From Promethearchaeota archaeon (lineage in GTDB: Archaea > Asgardarchaeota > Lokiarchaeia > Sigyniarchaeales > SOKP01): a stretch of 64,000 nucleotides of DNA. The notes under the pieces are model-generated. The model did no database searches. It was given only the letters and a program-made list of their open reading frames with translations, and had not been told where the DNA came from. The stretch is from contig JAHPZA010000003.1 of assembly GCA_019058445.1 (NCBI GenBank), positions 32,001 through 96,000 of the forward strand. Direction: 5' to 3'. Below, in pieces: positions 63,942 through 64,000 of the stretch (positions within the stretch are counted from its first letter, which is position 1; each line of letters begins with the position of its first letter). The translations under genes and the position numbers were made by a program.

Positions 63942-64000
63942 ATGACATTTGAATCAGATTTCCAAATAATTAAAAATCTTACTGAAATTCAAGCGTGCTC
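63942..64000 (+). CDS. 5' end of a gene running off the window (possibly an M42-family peptidase)
   Basis: The open frame MTFESDFQIIKNLTEIQAC(S) resembles the M42 N-terminus (LKxLxExxGxSG). Only ~19 codons are visible. Confidence 0.35.
   Translation, partial: MTFESDFQIIKNLTEIQAC

Overview
AT-rich (~30% GC), gene-dense archaeal DNA that looks like an Asgard archaeon (Lokiarchaeia/Promethearchaeota-like). The evidence is five Rab/Roc-like small GTPases (three fused to roadblock/longin/DENN-like domains), other longin-domain proteins, a profilin-like and a gelsolin-like protein, a UPF0147 protein and TTTAWATA-type TATA boxes. The left half holds sugar-acid and amino-sugar genes, a tandem trio of head-rod-tail coiled-coil paralogs, an acetone carboxylase acxABC operon, an acyl-CoA ligase with an SCP2-like insertion, and ppsA. 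The standout is 44.0-61.1 kb: a chemosensory cluster (cheA, cheW, a CheW-CheC-CheC fusion, 2x cheY, 2x cheB, cheR, cheD, cheC) with no chemoreceptor, CheF or archaellum gene in the window. Embedded in it are a gelsolin-domain gene, a roadblock-Rab GTPase fusion, a longin protein and a cytoplasmic Ig-like repeat protein, and an extended profilin-like gene lies next to it. Its two transcription units share a duplicated promoter. This suggests a chemosensory pathway wired to actin and small-GTPase effectors. No rRNA, tRNA, CRISPR array or mobile element was recognised. All calls are by eye from motifs; no database searches were run.
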